Shown: positions 11,939 through 22,008 of the stretch, piece by piece
Position numbering within the stretch: the stretch's first letter is position 1
Layout: every line of letters begins with the position of its first letter
From: Cladosporium halotolerans
Taxonomy: Eukaryota
Assembly (NCBI RefSeq): GCF_011745625.1
Contig: NW_027191495.1
Coordinates: forward strand, 62,001 to 126,000
Reading direction: 5' to 3'
DNA: 64,000 bases
The notes under the pieces: generated by a model
Database searches by the model: none
What the model saw: the letters and a program-made list of their open reading frames with translations, nothing else
What the model was told of the DNA's origin: nothing
Program-made: the position numbers and the translations under genes

Positions 11939-13207
11939 ATTACGCTTCATCGAATCCATCATCGGCATCAATAACGTTGAGGGTGTGTTTCCATGCATCA
12001 GCCAAGGAAAAAGCAGCAGCGCTTTCTGGACGACGGCGAGGTGTGCTTGAGGCGGGTGCACAGCGTTGCTTCTTCTTCCAAGGGATCAATGGGGCTGTCT
12101 GCTTTTGGGCGTTTCCGAGTAGTGCGTCGTCTGTCGCCGCCGCCGCTGCGGGTGTGTTTAGTCCCGAGGCAAAATGAAAATGTGACGTCTCGTACGAAAA
12201 GAAACAATATTTGTCGTCTTCATCTCATCACTTCCAGTCAGTTCAACACGGTACATCACGTCTGACGAAGCTGTGATGAATCGAGTCAAATGCATTAGGT
12301 AGGGCCTGGTTGTCCTGCTTGCCCTTGTACAACCACTTGCCCTTGTACCGCCAACCCCATTGCTCTACCCAAGTGACGAAACTGCCCGCGTCTTCTATCT
12401 ACCCTCGTAGCAGGATGACGTCCCCAACATCCCATCAAGCCCAATCACGCGGCCACCAGCACCAACGCCAACTCACGATGCAAAAAACCAAATCATCGTC
12501 TCAAGTGGACTGCCGAATTAGTGAACTTGACACATTGACATGACTTGACATCCTTTCAATGAGGTTCATAAATGTGCGCGGGCCCCTTGCTTTGCCTTTT
12601 CGCATATAATAACTGGTTTTCTGGGGTCCTAATCGCTCATTCCATAGTGACTCGTGAGACTTCTGAACGAAGCTGAGGGCTACTTCGCATTTCGCCTATC
12701 ATGAGGTAGCTGAGTTTGCCCACGCATTGACTCCATTAAAGGTGACTTATTACGGCAAGTATTGATTGCAGATTTGCGTGCACTACGCAATGCAGCACAT
12801 CATTAGATGTACCTACGAGGAGTTCACCTCAATTGAGCCGAGGACTGCATGGCCACTTCGAATGGCCAAGGTCAATGCAGGCACCTTGAGCAGGGCAAAA
12901 GCGACGATTGGAAGCCTCAAAATGTGACAGATCGTTCTGAGACAGATCACAGCTGGTCACTGAATCAAAGCCCTCGCAGCACAGATAGATGTTACACGGT
13001 CAGGCTTAGGCTAATGAGATCACAATTCGTTCTCGTAGAGAGGAGCTTGTCATTCCGACATTGAGCAGCCTAAGGTAGTTACATACAAAGTCGTACAAAA
13101 TCCACAGACTCCATCGAGCCGTCCTTTTCGCCCCTTCGGCGTCCATTCTCATACGCGCTGGTTCGCTATCAACAAACAAGAACCCATCAGCTTCCGCAAA
13201 GAGCAAT

Positions 13208-13504
13208 CTACGACTGCTGCTTCTTGCTCATCTCCTCAGCCTGCTGCCTGTCCTTGGCGAGCGCGGCCTCCTGGTCGGAGATCTTCTTCTTCAGCGCGGC
13301 CAGCTTCTCGGCCTCCTGCTTCCGCACGTACATGGCCTCGTCGGCGGCCTCGCGCTTGGTGAAGGCGTCGCTGGAGGCGGCGCCGCCGCTGCGGGGCGCA
13401 CCGGTGTCGCCGGCGGCCATACGCTGGGTGATGGCGGAGAAGCTGCGGGTGGATGTGGGGAGGGTGGCGCGGGGGATGGCGCGGGTTGCGAGGCGGAGAG
13501 ACAT
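13208..13504 (-). CDS. INH1: Mitochondrial F1Fo-ATPase inhibitor (IATP family)
   Basis: Mitochondrial presequence, GDTGAPRSGG..DAFTKREAADEAMYVRKQEAEKLAALK. Confidence 0.9.
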   Translation of the reverse strand: MSLRLATRAIPRATLPTSTRSFSAITQRMAAGDTGAPRSGGAASSDAFTKREAADEAMYVRKQEAEKLAALKKKISDQEAALAKDRQQAEEMSKKQQS

Positions 13505-13731
13505 TGTGGTGGTTTGGGTGGTGTGAGGTGGTTATCTGGAGGTGGTGGGTTAGTCGGATGTTGACTTTTGAAGGCTGTAGGTGGTCGGCTTACTTGAGGG
13601 GATGTGGTGAGTATGGATAAGAGGTGATGTGTTGTTTGTTTTTTGGAAGATGAGAATAGATAGAAGGACTGAAGTGAGATGGAGAGGTAGCTGTACCTGA
13701 GAGCTGGAGCTGGCCGCCTGGCTCGGGCGAG

Positions 13732-13766
13732 TGACGTACCTTCGGCGGAAGTCCGGGGCTACGTCA
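13732..13766. promoter_or_regulatory. Pair of inverted CRE/ATF-like sites (TGACGTA ... TACGTCA) in the INH1/hexokinase divergent promoter
   Basis: TGACGTA at 13732-13738 and TACGTCA at 13760-13766; function inferred. Confidence 0.4.
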
Positions 13767-14341
13767 ATGCGACGGATTTGTTTGAGCGAGCGTTGAGTTA
13801 CGAGCGCGGGCAGCGTGGAGGGCTCTGACCACGACAACCACCATCACTCGCCGTGCACAACAAACACCGACACGCTTGGTAAGTGAGCTGTTTACTTCAC
13901 TTCATTCTGCCGTACCTGCCTGCCATTTTCTCCGTCAACCTCACCTGCATCGATGCCGGGCGCCGCCTGCCGTGCTCGTTGAGGGGCATGGCGGGGTCCG
14001 CCTGCCGATATTTCATGGCATCTTCGCGAGCGAGCGGTATGCGTTGGTGGCATGCAGCCACTCGGCCTCGCTTGCACCAGGAACCCGCGCCATTGCTGAT
14101 CCCTCATCCCTGCAATATCAATCCCTACAACAACTTTGTTGCGCCCGCCCGTGTCACCTGCACGCTGCTTGAGTGATTGCTTACGGCAGCGCTCGCTCAA
14201 CTTGTAGTCACAAGCTTCCACTAACCCCCGGCTTCACTCAGTGATCCTTCATTTCACACACCTTCACACCTTGTCCCAACTTCACCGGGACATTGAACCG
14301 CAAACCTTCACACTCCCTACACACTCCGAACGACCGTCAAG

Positions 14342-15927
14342 ATGGTGGGCTTGGGACCGAAGAAGGCTCCGAGCCGGAAGGGCTCCATGGCCGACCTCCC
14401 GCACGACCTGATGCAGGAGATCAAGAGGCTGGAGGACCTGTTCGTTGTTGACACCAACAAGCTGAAGGCCATCAGCGACCACTTCGTCTCTGAGCTCGAG
14501 AAGGGTCTCACCAAGGAGGGCGGTGACATCCCTATGAACCCCACCTGGTGCATGGGCTTCCCCACTGGCTACGAGACTGGTACCTTCCTTGCCCTTGACA
14601 TGGGCGGCACCAACCTCCGTGTCTGTGAGATCAACCTGCCGGAGGAGAAGGGCGAGTTCGACATCATCCAGTCCAAGTACCGCATGCCTGAGGAGCTCAA
14701 GACCGGCAACGCCGACGAGCTGTGGGGCTACATTGCCGACTGCCTCCAGCAGTTCATCGAGTACCACCACGAGGGCGAGAAGCTCGACAAGCTTCCCCTC
14801 GGCTTCACCTTCTCTTACCCGGCCACCCAGGAGTACATCGACCACGGTGTCCTCCAGCGCTGGACGAAGGGCTTCGACATTGACGGTGTTGAAGGCAAGG
14901 ATGTCGTCCCGCCGTTCGAGAAGGCTCTTGAGGAGCGCGGCGTGCCCATCAAGCTTACTGCCCTGATCAACGACACCACCGGAACCATGATTGCTAGTGC
15001 CTACACTGATTCCGAGATGAGGATGGGTTGTATCTTCGGCACCGGCTGCAACGCCGCCTACATGGAGACTTGCGGCAACATCCCCAAGCTCGCTCACATG
15101 GGCCTGAACCCCGACGACCAGATGGCCATTAACTGCGAGTGGGGCGCTTTCGATAACGAGCACAAGATCCTTCCCCGCACCCAGTATGATGTGATCATCG
15201 ACAAGGAGTCTCCCCGTCCTGGCCAGCAGACCTTCGAGAAGATGATCGCCGGTCTCTACCTCGGCGAGCTTTTCCGTCTTGTCCTCGTCGACCTGCACGA
15301 GCAGCCTCAGGTCAAGTTCTTCGAGGGTGCCGACATCAGCCCGCTCAAGAAGCCCTACTCTCTCGACGCCTCGTTCCTCTCTGACATCGAGAACGACCCG
15401 TACGAGAACTTGCAGGAGACTCACGACATCTTCGTCAACCAGATGGGTATCAAGCCCACCAGGCCCGAGCTCGAGCTGCTCCGCCGCCTGGCTGAGGTCA
15501 TTGGTACTCGCGCCGCCAGACTTAGTGCGTGTGGTGTCGCTGCCATCTGCAAGAAGAAGAACCTCAAGACTGCCCACGTCGGTGCCGATGGTTCGGTGTT
15601 TAACAAGGTAAGCACTCTCCCAGAGAACCTTCACCAGCAATCAACCGTACTAATAACCCCCTCCAGTACCCCCACTTCAAGGCCCGCGGCGCGCAAGCCC
15701 TCAAGGAGATCCTCGACTGGGAGACCGGCCGCGACGGCAAGCCGCTGGGCAAGGGCCACGACCCCGTCGAGATCCTGCCCGCCGAGGACGGCTCTGGTGT
15801 CGGCGCCGCGCTCATCGCCGCCCTCACCCTCAAGCGCGTCCAGGAGGGCCACCACGCCGGCATCCGCGACCCGCAGGGCATGCTCAAGGGCACCGCCGCC
15901 GCCAAGCCCGCCTCCAACCAGGTTTAG
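14342..15927 (+). CDS. HXK1: Hexokinase; exons 14342-15607, 15667-15927
   Basis: LALDMGGTNLRV, LGFTFSYP, INDTTGT, GTGCN, ADGS, AEDGSGVGAA motifs. Confidence 0.96.
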
Positions 15928-16924
15928 AGGGCCTCTTTGGCACGCGCGGACGATGTCGACAATGTCACAGTCTAGGTGGCTTTGCTCTGTGCCTTTGGGT
16001 GTGGAGTATATCGATGTTGGAACTGGCTGAGCGGGATTATGGAAGCTCTGGCTGTTTTTTTGGTATGAAGCGACGTTGCCTCAGTTCATGATGCACATTG
16101 CAGGCATGATTGCACCCGGGAAGTGGGTGGCTTGCTGAGAGGATTATGAATAAGACACATCCAAAATGAATATAAATGATCACACCACGAGGGATATTTC
16201 TTCTCTGTGCCACGTGGAATCAGAAATGCCACGCGCGATTGCTGATTGCCCTAATAATTAACTGGCCAAACGACTTTATTTCAGAGGGAAAAGTACTTTC
16301 CGGCAATTTCTTCAGTGACACATATGAGCGCTACGGTGGAGATGAGCGCTATCGAACGTCTCATCAGACGTACTCGCCTTCATTCCAGGCGGTGGAGATT
16401 GGGCGTTGCGTTTGGAAGAGCGAAACGTCCGGCTCATCACTTAAGTCCGCAAGTCGAACTGGGTGGCGCTCAAATGATCAACGGTCGTCACATCGACATC
16501 AGGATTCAGCTTGGCTCCATTTGCACATTATAGCAGTCACGGTTACTACCTTAGCGTGCGTGCAAACGAGAGGTGATAATCTGAAAGCAGAGCGACATCG
16601 GAACAAGCGGGGAAAAAGAGCCTTTTTGGGAATTTCGCTTTCCTTTCTGGGTATATACACAGCGAGCAAGGCCCCCATGTCCTGCCATCGTCGATACAAC
16701 ATCGAATATGCGTTAAACACAGCAGGAACAGTAACGCCGGCGAAGAGTGTGTGCTTCGCATGATAAGGACAAATAGAAATAATAAAAATCAAAGCCCGCT
16801 AAAAACACTCATAATGTCAACAGTCGTGCCGGGTGTGCATTCCTTCCCCGGCAGCGGTGGCAGCAGTCTGGTAGTTGCTGAAATCCTTTTCTTCTTCTCT
16901 TTCAGAACGAATGGATGAAAGAGC

Positions 16925-17565
16925 TTAGGCGGTGGCGGACACCTTCTCGATCTCAATCTCGGGCATGGCGGCGCCGGTGCCGCCGAGGTCCGTGGCCTTG
17001 GCCTTGGGGTTCTTGGTGTAGTAGTTGCTGATGGCGGACTTGATGGCGTCTTCAGCGAGCATGGAGCAGTGGACTGGAGAGTCGTTAGCTGGTGAGACGG
17101 GTATTCGATGGCAACCGGATACATACGCTTGACGGGCGGCAGGCACAGCTCCTTGGCGATCTCGGTGTTCTTGATGCGGCCGGCCTGCTCGAGGGTCATG
17201 CCGCGGACGAGCTCGGTCAGGTAGCTGCTGCTGGCGATGGCGGAGCCGCAGCCGAAGGTCTTGAACTTGACGTCCGAGATGGTGTTGTCGTTGGGGTCGA
17301 CCTTGATCTGGAGCTTCATGACATCGCCGCAAGCCGGGGCGCCGACGAGGCCGGTGCCGACGTCGTTGTCGCCCTTGCCCATGCTGCCGACGTTGCGCGG
17401 GTTGTTATAGTGGTCGAGGACCTTCTCGTGGTAGCTGCGCTTGCTGGCGGCCTGCTGGATGGCCGGCGCGGCGGTGCGGGCGAAGGTGCTGGTCGTCGGG
17501 CGCGCGGCGGAGGCGAGAGCGCGGCTGGCCTGGGCGGGCGCGGTGGCGAGAACTCTTCTGAACAT
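16925..17565 (-). CDS. ISU1: Mitochondrial Fe-S scaffold protein IscU/Isu1; one intron (approx. 17073-17126)
   Basis: YHEKVLDHYNNPRNVG, GAPACGDVM, KTFGCGSAIASS, LPPVK/LHCSMLAEDA. Confidence 0.96.
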
Positions 17566-18530
17566 TTTGGCGGTGGTGTGTGGGTGTATGTGATGGGTTG
17601 TCCGGTGGTGTGTCGATGCGGTGGACGGTTGTAGGTGATGTCGTAGACGAGCGTTATCTCGCTGGCGATTGTGAAGTTTGAATGCTGCTGGGGCAAATCG
17701 GGGATGACTTCACGGCTTGGCATCTTCCGGACTTTAGACCCTCTTTCTTTGTTCTCGGCCGAGGTTACCGTGACTGAATGAACACAGCGTAATTGATGCT
17801 GACGCTGCCTGGTGGTGGCAATTGATGGTGGTGGTATCTTGCGAGAGGCGTCGTCGTCTAGTTTCCGATGCCAGATTTCGTATCTGATTGTCTCGTTCCA
17901 AACACTCGGTATGGCACATTATCTGATCCTGTCCCCGCCATTGGGGAGGGCGCCATCTGATTATGCAAGCTCCCACGCTCTAATGACAAGATTCATCACC
18001 CCAGCTGCTGCACAACATGTTCATATTCGCAATCAATCGCAACGCTTCTGCTATGTCTCAGAACGCAATAGTTTCGATACATGTGTCACTTCACTTAGGC
18101 GATTGTGGCAGTTGGCAGCCTTGATACTCTTGTGATGCCGCGACGCACTCACATTGTGCCACAGGTCGCTACGTGAGAGATGCACTGATCCGTTCCTCGG
18201 CGCTCGACGTATCGCTACTGCGACTGCGTTGTGTAGAAAGCTCTCTATTCCTTTGTTCGCAGTTAGATCGACATTCGGAGTAACCATATTCCAGCTCTTG
18301 TGCATCGTGACTATCTATGCATCATGACCAATGTCTGAATGTGCTTTGCCTTGACTGCACGCGTCTTTCCTTCCACATCGGCATCTCGATCGCCCAGCAT
18401 GTCACCATCAAGTTTTAGCAGTCGAACAATAAGCACAGCTATCGCAAAACTCCCACGATGTTTCAAATCACGCAAGAAACCCATCTTTCCGGCCATCCAC
18501 TCTCACCCAGACCAACCCCAACCCAAAGCC

Positions 18531-18547
18531 TAGGGTTAGGGTTAGGG
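18531..18547 (+). repeat. Short interstitial telomere-like tract TAGGG(TTAGGG)2
   Basis: Read directly. Confidence 0.8.
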
Positions 18548-19008
18548 CAACTCCCACCAAACGCCCCCAATCAATCACATACAAACACCCAGCGCTCATC
18601 TTCACGCACTCCCGATCTACTGGGTAAGCCGTCCCCATTGAAAACAAGGACACGAAACACGTTATGTAGATATTGTATTGCACTGCCTCCACCATCCTGC
18701 ACATCGTCGATCCCGCTAAGATTCCATCGAAGCAGCCTAACGCTGAGACGTGAAACGATAGCTAGCTAGCACTGTGGGGACGGGCGTTTTCGTAGCTCGT
18801 ATATTCGTCAGCGCTGGTTGTTGGACGACACTGTACCGATGACGATCGAGGACGGGCCTCCGTTCCGGAAGATACGCGGAAGCGTGGGAAGGACACATGC
18901 GAAGATCGATCGCGAGGCATTCGGCATTGTAAGTGCCGGTGTTTGTACATGATTCTGGCAAGTATTTTTTACACACTACATACACAGCCTCTAGATCCCG
19001 GTCTCCAG

Positions 19009-22008
19009 CTACGCCTGCTTCCTCGTAGCGATCGACCAGCTGGTCCACTCCGTGAAGACGCTTCCGTGCACCTTGCTCTTGGGGTCCAGCCACCACTTCT
19101 CCTGCAGCGCGGCGTACTTGGCCGCGACGGCGCTGTAGTGGCTCGGGTCGAGAGCGACGAGGGTCTTGGCGAGGAACAGGCTGGCGCGGCTGCAAGCGTT
19201 GGCGTGCAGTTTGGAGCCGTCCTTGGTCATCTCCTCGTGGACGGAGGCGAGGAGGGCGAGGACGGGCTCGGCGTCGTCGACGGCGGGGGTGGTCTTGTGC
19301 TTGTTGCAGGCCTCGAAGTAGGCCTTGAGGACGGCGAAGGCCTTCTCAGCGGTGGGCTTGCTGGTGGTCGTGCGGATGAGGATGGCGAGGGGCATGAGGA
19401 GGTCGAGGGCGAGGATGCTGGCGTGCTGAGCCTTGACGTAGATCGTCAGGAGGTCGAGGATGCGGTTCTTGAAGTTGATGATGTTGTCCTTGGCTTCCTT
19501 GTTGTCCTGCTTCTTGCCGGAGCGCTTCTTGATCTCCTTGAAGACTTTTTCCAGCGCGGGCTCGACGGCCATCATTTGCTCGTCGTCCATGTCGGAGTCC
19601 TGGTCGTCTTCGTCACCGTCTGGATCCAGGGCCGCGGAACCGAGGGCTTCGGCGAGCTTCTTGTCGAATGCGGCGAGCTCTTCTTCGTCCTCTTCGCCTT
19701 CTTCCTCGTCAGACGATTCTTCGGAGTCTTCGTCGTCGTCTTCCTCATCGTCGCTACCCTCCTCCAAACCGTCTGCTCCGAAAGTTTCACCATCAATCAT
19801 CTCAACGTCAGACATGTCTTCAACATCGATCGCAGAACCGTCGTCAGAGCCCTCCTCCTCCTCTTGCTCTGCACCAGCCTGCAAATCGTCGCCTTGGGCA
19901 AACAGCTCCTGTTGCCCAGTCAAACTCTCTTTCTGCGAGAGAATGTCAAGCATCGACTGAAGACCATCAGCGGTCAAGCTACCCGTGAAAGCAGCAAACA
20001 CCTGCTCGGCAAGCTTGCGGAACAGCGCCGACTGCTTCGACACAAAGCTCAGCAAGAGCTCGACAAGGACCGAGGCAGACTCCGTGTTTTTGCCCCAATC
20101 GCCGGCGCAGGCGTGCAGGTCCTCCAGCGCAGGGACGGCGTCGGGCTCTTCGTTGTAGATCTGCAGCACGGACATGGCGAACAGCAGCGCGAAGGCTTGC
20201 GCGGTTGCCGCCTTGGACTGGTTCTTGGTCTTGGCGACCTTTTCTTGAGCATCCTGGATGGCCTTGTCGGTGCGCTTGACGAGGGCCTTCGTCTCTTTGC
20301 TGGCGGTCGAATGGAAGTAGGAGTTCTTGGAAGCGCGAAGGGCCTTGAGCAGGCCATACACGGCGGTGGCTGCATCTGCGAGCGGCAAGTTCATCAACTG
20401 TGCCACGCAGGAAGAGAGTCGCGAGCGGCAAATAGACTTCGATGCTTCCGAAAGCGCAGGGCTGACGTCGTCCTTTGGCTCACAATATCCAAGCTCGATG
20501 AATGTGTCAAGGACGACGTTGAGCCATGCTGCAGGGCTAGCACTCTTGTGCTTGGGATCCTGTTTTGTGAACAGCTCTGTGGGCTCCTTGTGTGAGCGGA
20601 CAATTGAGAGCAGCAGATCGGCAAGCATCCTTCTCTGGGCATCAGCCTGTGATTGTTCCTCGTGTTTGGGTTTGCGCATAAGCCGTTGGATAAACGTAAC
20701 AACATCGAGCAGCGCTTCCGTGCTAGACTGGCCAAGCAGAGTCTCCACGGTCTTCGTCTTCGTGACCTGGTCGAAGTTGGCTGCTCCTTCTTCAATCAAA
20801 CCCTGTATCACTCCAGAACTGGCAGTAGGATCCTGCTTTGACCGAGCGATGCATGCGTTAAGTGCGGCTTTCGCCGCGTCGAAAAGATAGCGCTGAGAAC
20901 CTGCTCGCTGGTTGATAATGCATCGTGTGAGATTCGGCGTGAAGAGTTGGCGAAGAACAGTAGAAGGTGCGGATGACACAGCCATGGCGAGAACTTGAAA
21001 TCCAAGAGCCTTACGCTCCGCTGATGACGAAGTGTGGAACAGCCCAGATTCGACCACCTGCTTCCAGAATTGAGCAAACTCACTCGTCAAGCGGTGGCCG
21101 CTGTGGTACTCTGCGAGAATGACCGGCCAAGCGAACGAAGGAGCAGTCTGTCGTGACCCGGAACCCGCTTTGCCACCCTGCTGCTCATCATCAATGGGGA
21201 TTTCCTGGATCACCTTGCTAAGGACAGCCCTTTCGGGCGCAGAAAGCGGGCCATTGTGCTGCCAAACACCCTTCGGCAGTTTGACCTTGGAGGAATGTTT
21301 GGCCAGAGTGATCCAAATCGCCACGCCTTCGGGAGTCTTCCAAAGAGATTTCTCGTGCAAACCGTCGACAAGGATTTGCAATCGATCGGCTGGGATCGCC
21401 TTACCAACACCTACAAGATACTCATAGAGCATTGCGCCACATTCTCTCCTCAGCCATTGCCTCTCGCACATGAGCTCCAAAACGGCCGAGACGAAGCCCT
21501 GCCATTCCTGGATCGAAACCGTCGCATTGGAGCCAACGCCGCTCTGCAGCACAGCCTGGTACGCGAACCTCCTTCCAAGCAGATAGTCTCTCCTCTCCTG
21601 CCCTCCAGCAGTCGGCGCAATCGTCGTGAACTCGGAGATCTTCGCCGTGATTTTCCCGAGCGTGATTCCAGAACCCTTGAGTTCAAGACCCAATCTCAGC
21701 ACCTCAGACAACGCGATGGAAAACCCCAGCCTGGCGGCCTTGCGGCCACTGCAGAGGCCTTTGATGAGCCGAGCGATCGCCTTCTCGATGCGCTCGATCT
21801 GCTGGTCCGATTTGGCCGATAAGTTCCTGACGACCTCGCCGGCGGCCTTGATCCTCACCGCCTGGACGTCGTCGGCGAGATCGTTGTAAATTTTCGCCAG
21901 CTGCGCGTCGGCCTCGGTGTAGTCCAGGCGCCTCTTGCGCGAAGGATGGACGGGCTGCTCCGGGTTCGCGGCGACGTCATTCTCGTGCGCACGTTTTACA
22001 CCGCCCAT
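19009..22008 (-). CDS. POL5: DNA polymerase phi / Pol5 (MYBBP1A family) ribosome-biogenesis factor
   Basis: 999-aa intronless ORF; RLIKGLCSGRKAARLGFSIAL, NFDQVTKTKTVE, acidic tract, NFKNRILDLL. Confidence 0.92.
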   Translation of the reverse strand: MGGVKRAHENDVAANPEQPVHPSRKRRLDYTEADAQLAKIYNDLADDVQAVRIKAAGEVVRNLSAKSDQQIERIEKAIARLIKGLCSGRKAARLGFSIALSEVLRLGLELKGSGITLGKITAKISEFTTIAPTAGGQERRDYLLGRRFAYQAVLQSGVGSNATVSIQEWQGFVSAVLELMCERQWLRRECGAMLYEYLVGVGKAIPADRLQILVDGLHEKSLWKTPEGVAIWITLAKHSSKVKLPKGVWQHNGPLSAPERAVLSKVIQEIPIDDEQQGGKAGSGSRQTAPSFAWPVILAEYHSGHRLTSEFAQFWKQVVESGLFHTSSSAERKALGFQVLAMAVSSAPSTVLRQLFTPNLTRCIINQRAGSQRYLFDAAKAALNACIARSKQDPTASSGVIQGLIEEGAANFDQVTKTKTVETLLGQSSTEALLDVVTFIQRLMRKPKHEEQSQADAQRRMLADLLLSIVRSHKEPTELFTKQDPKHKSASPAAWLNVVLDTFIELGYCEPKDDVSPALSEASKSICRSRLSSCVAQLMNLPLADAATAVYGLLKALRASKNSYFHSTASKETKALVKRTDKAIQDAQEKVAKTKNQSKAATAQAFALLFAMSVLQIYNEEPDAVPALEDLHACAGDWGKNTESASVLVELLLSFVSKQSALFRKLAEQVFAAFTGSLTADGLQSMLDILSQKESLTGQQELFAQGDDLQAGAEQEEEEGSDDGSAIDVEDMSDVEMIDGETFGADGLEEGSDDEEDDDEDSEESSDEEEGEEDEEELAAFDKKLAEALGSAALDPDGDEDDQDSDMDDEQMMAVEPALEKVFKEIKKRSGKKQDNKEAKDNIINFKNRILDLLTIYVKAQHASILALDLLMPLAILIRTTTSKPTAEKAFAVLKAYFEACNKHKTTPAVDDAEPVLALLASVHEEMTKDGSKLHANACSRASLFLAKTLVALDPSHYSAVAAKYAALQEKWWLDPKSKVHGSVFTEWTSWSIATRKQA

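Noticed and set aside
12273..12360. GTGATGA C-box-like motif and a 12-bp direct repeat (TTGCCCTTGTAC x2)
   Set aside because: No matching D box (CTGA) or terminal stem at a suitable distance, so no snoRNA call
14282..15640. 452-aa antisense ORF over hexokinase
   Set aside because: Shadow ORF caused by strong codon bias of the sense gene; no motifs
18943..20595. 550-aa antisense ORF over POL5
   Set aside because: Mirror frame of a GC3-rich gene; no independent evidence
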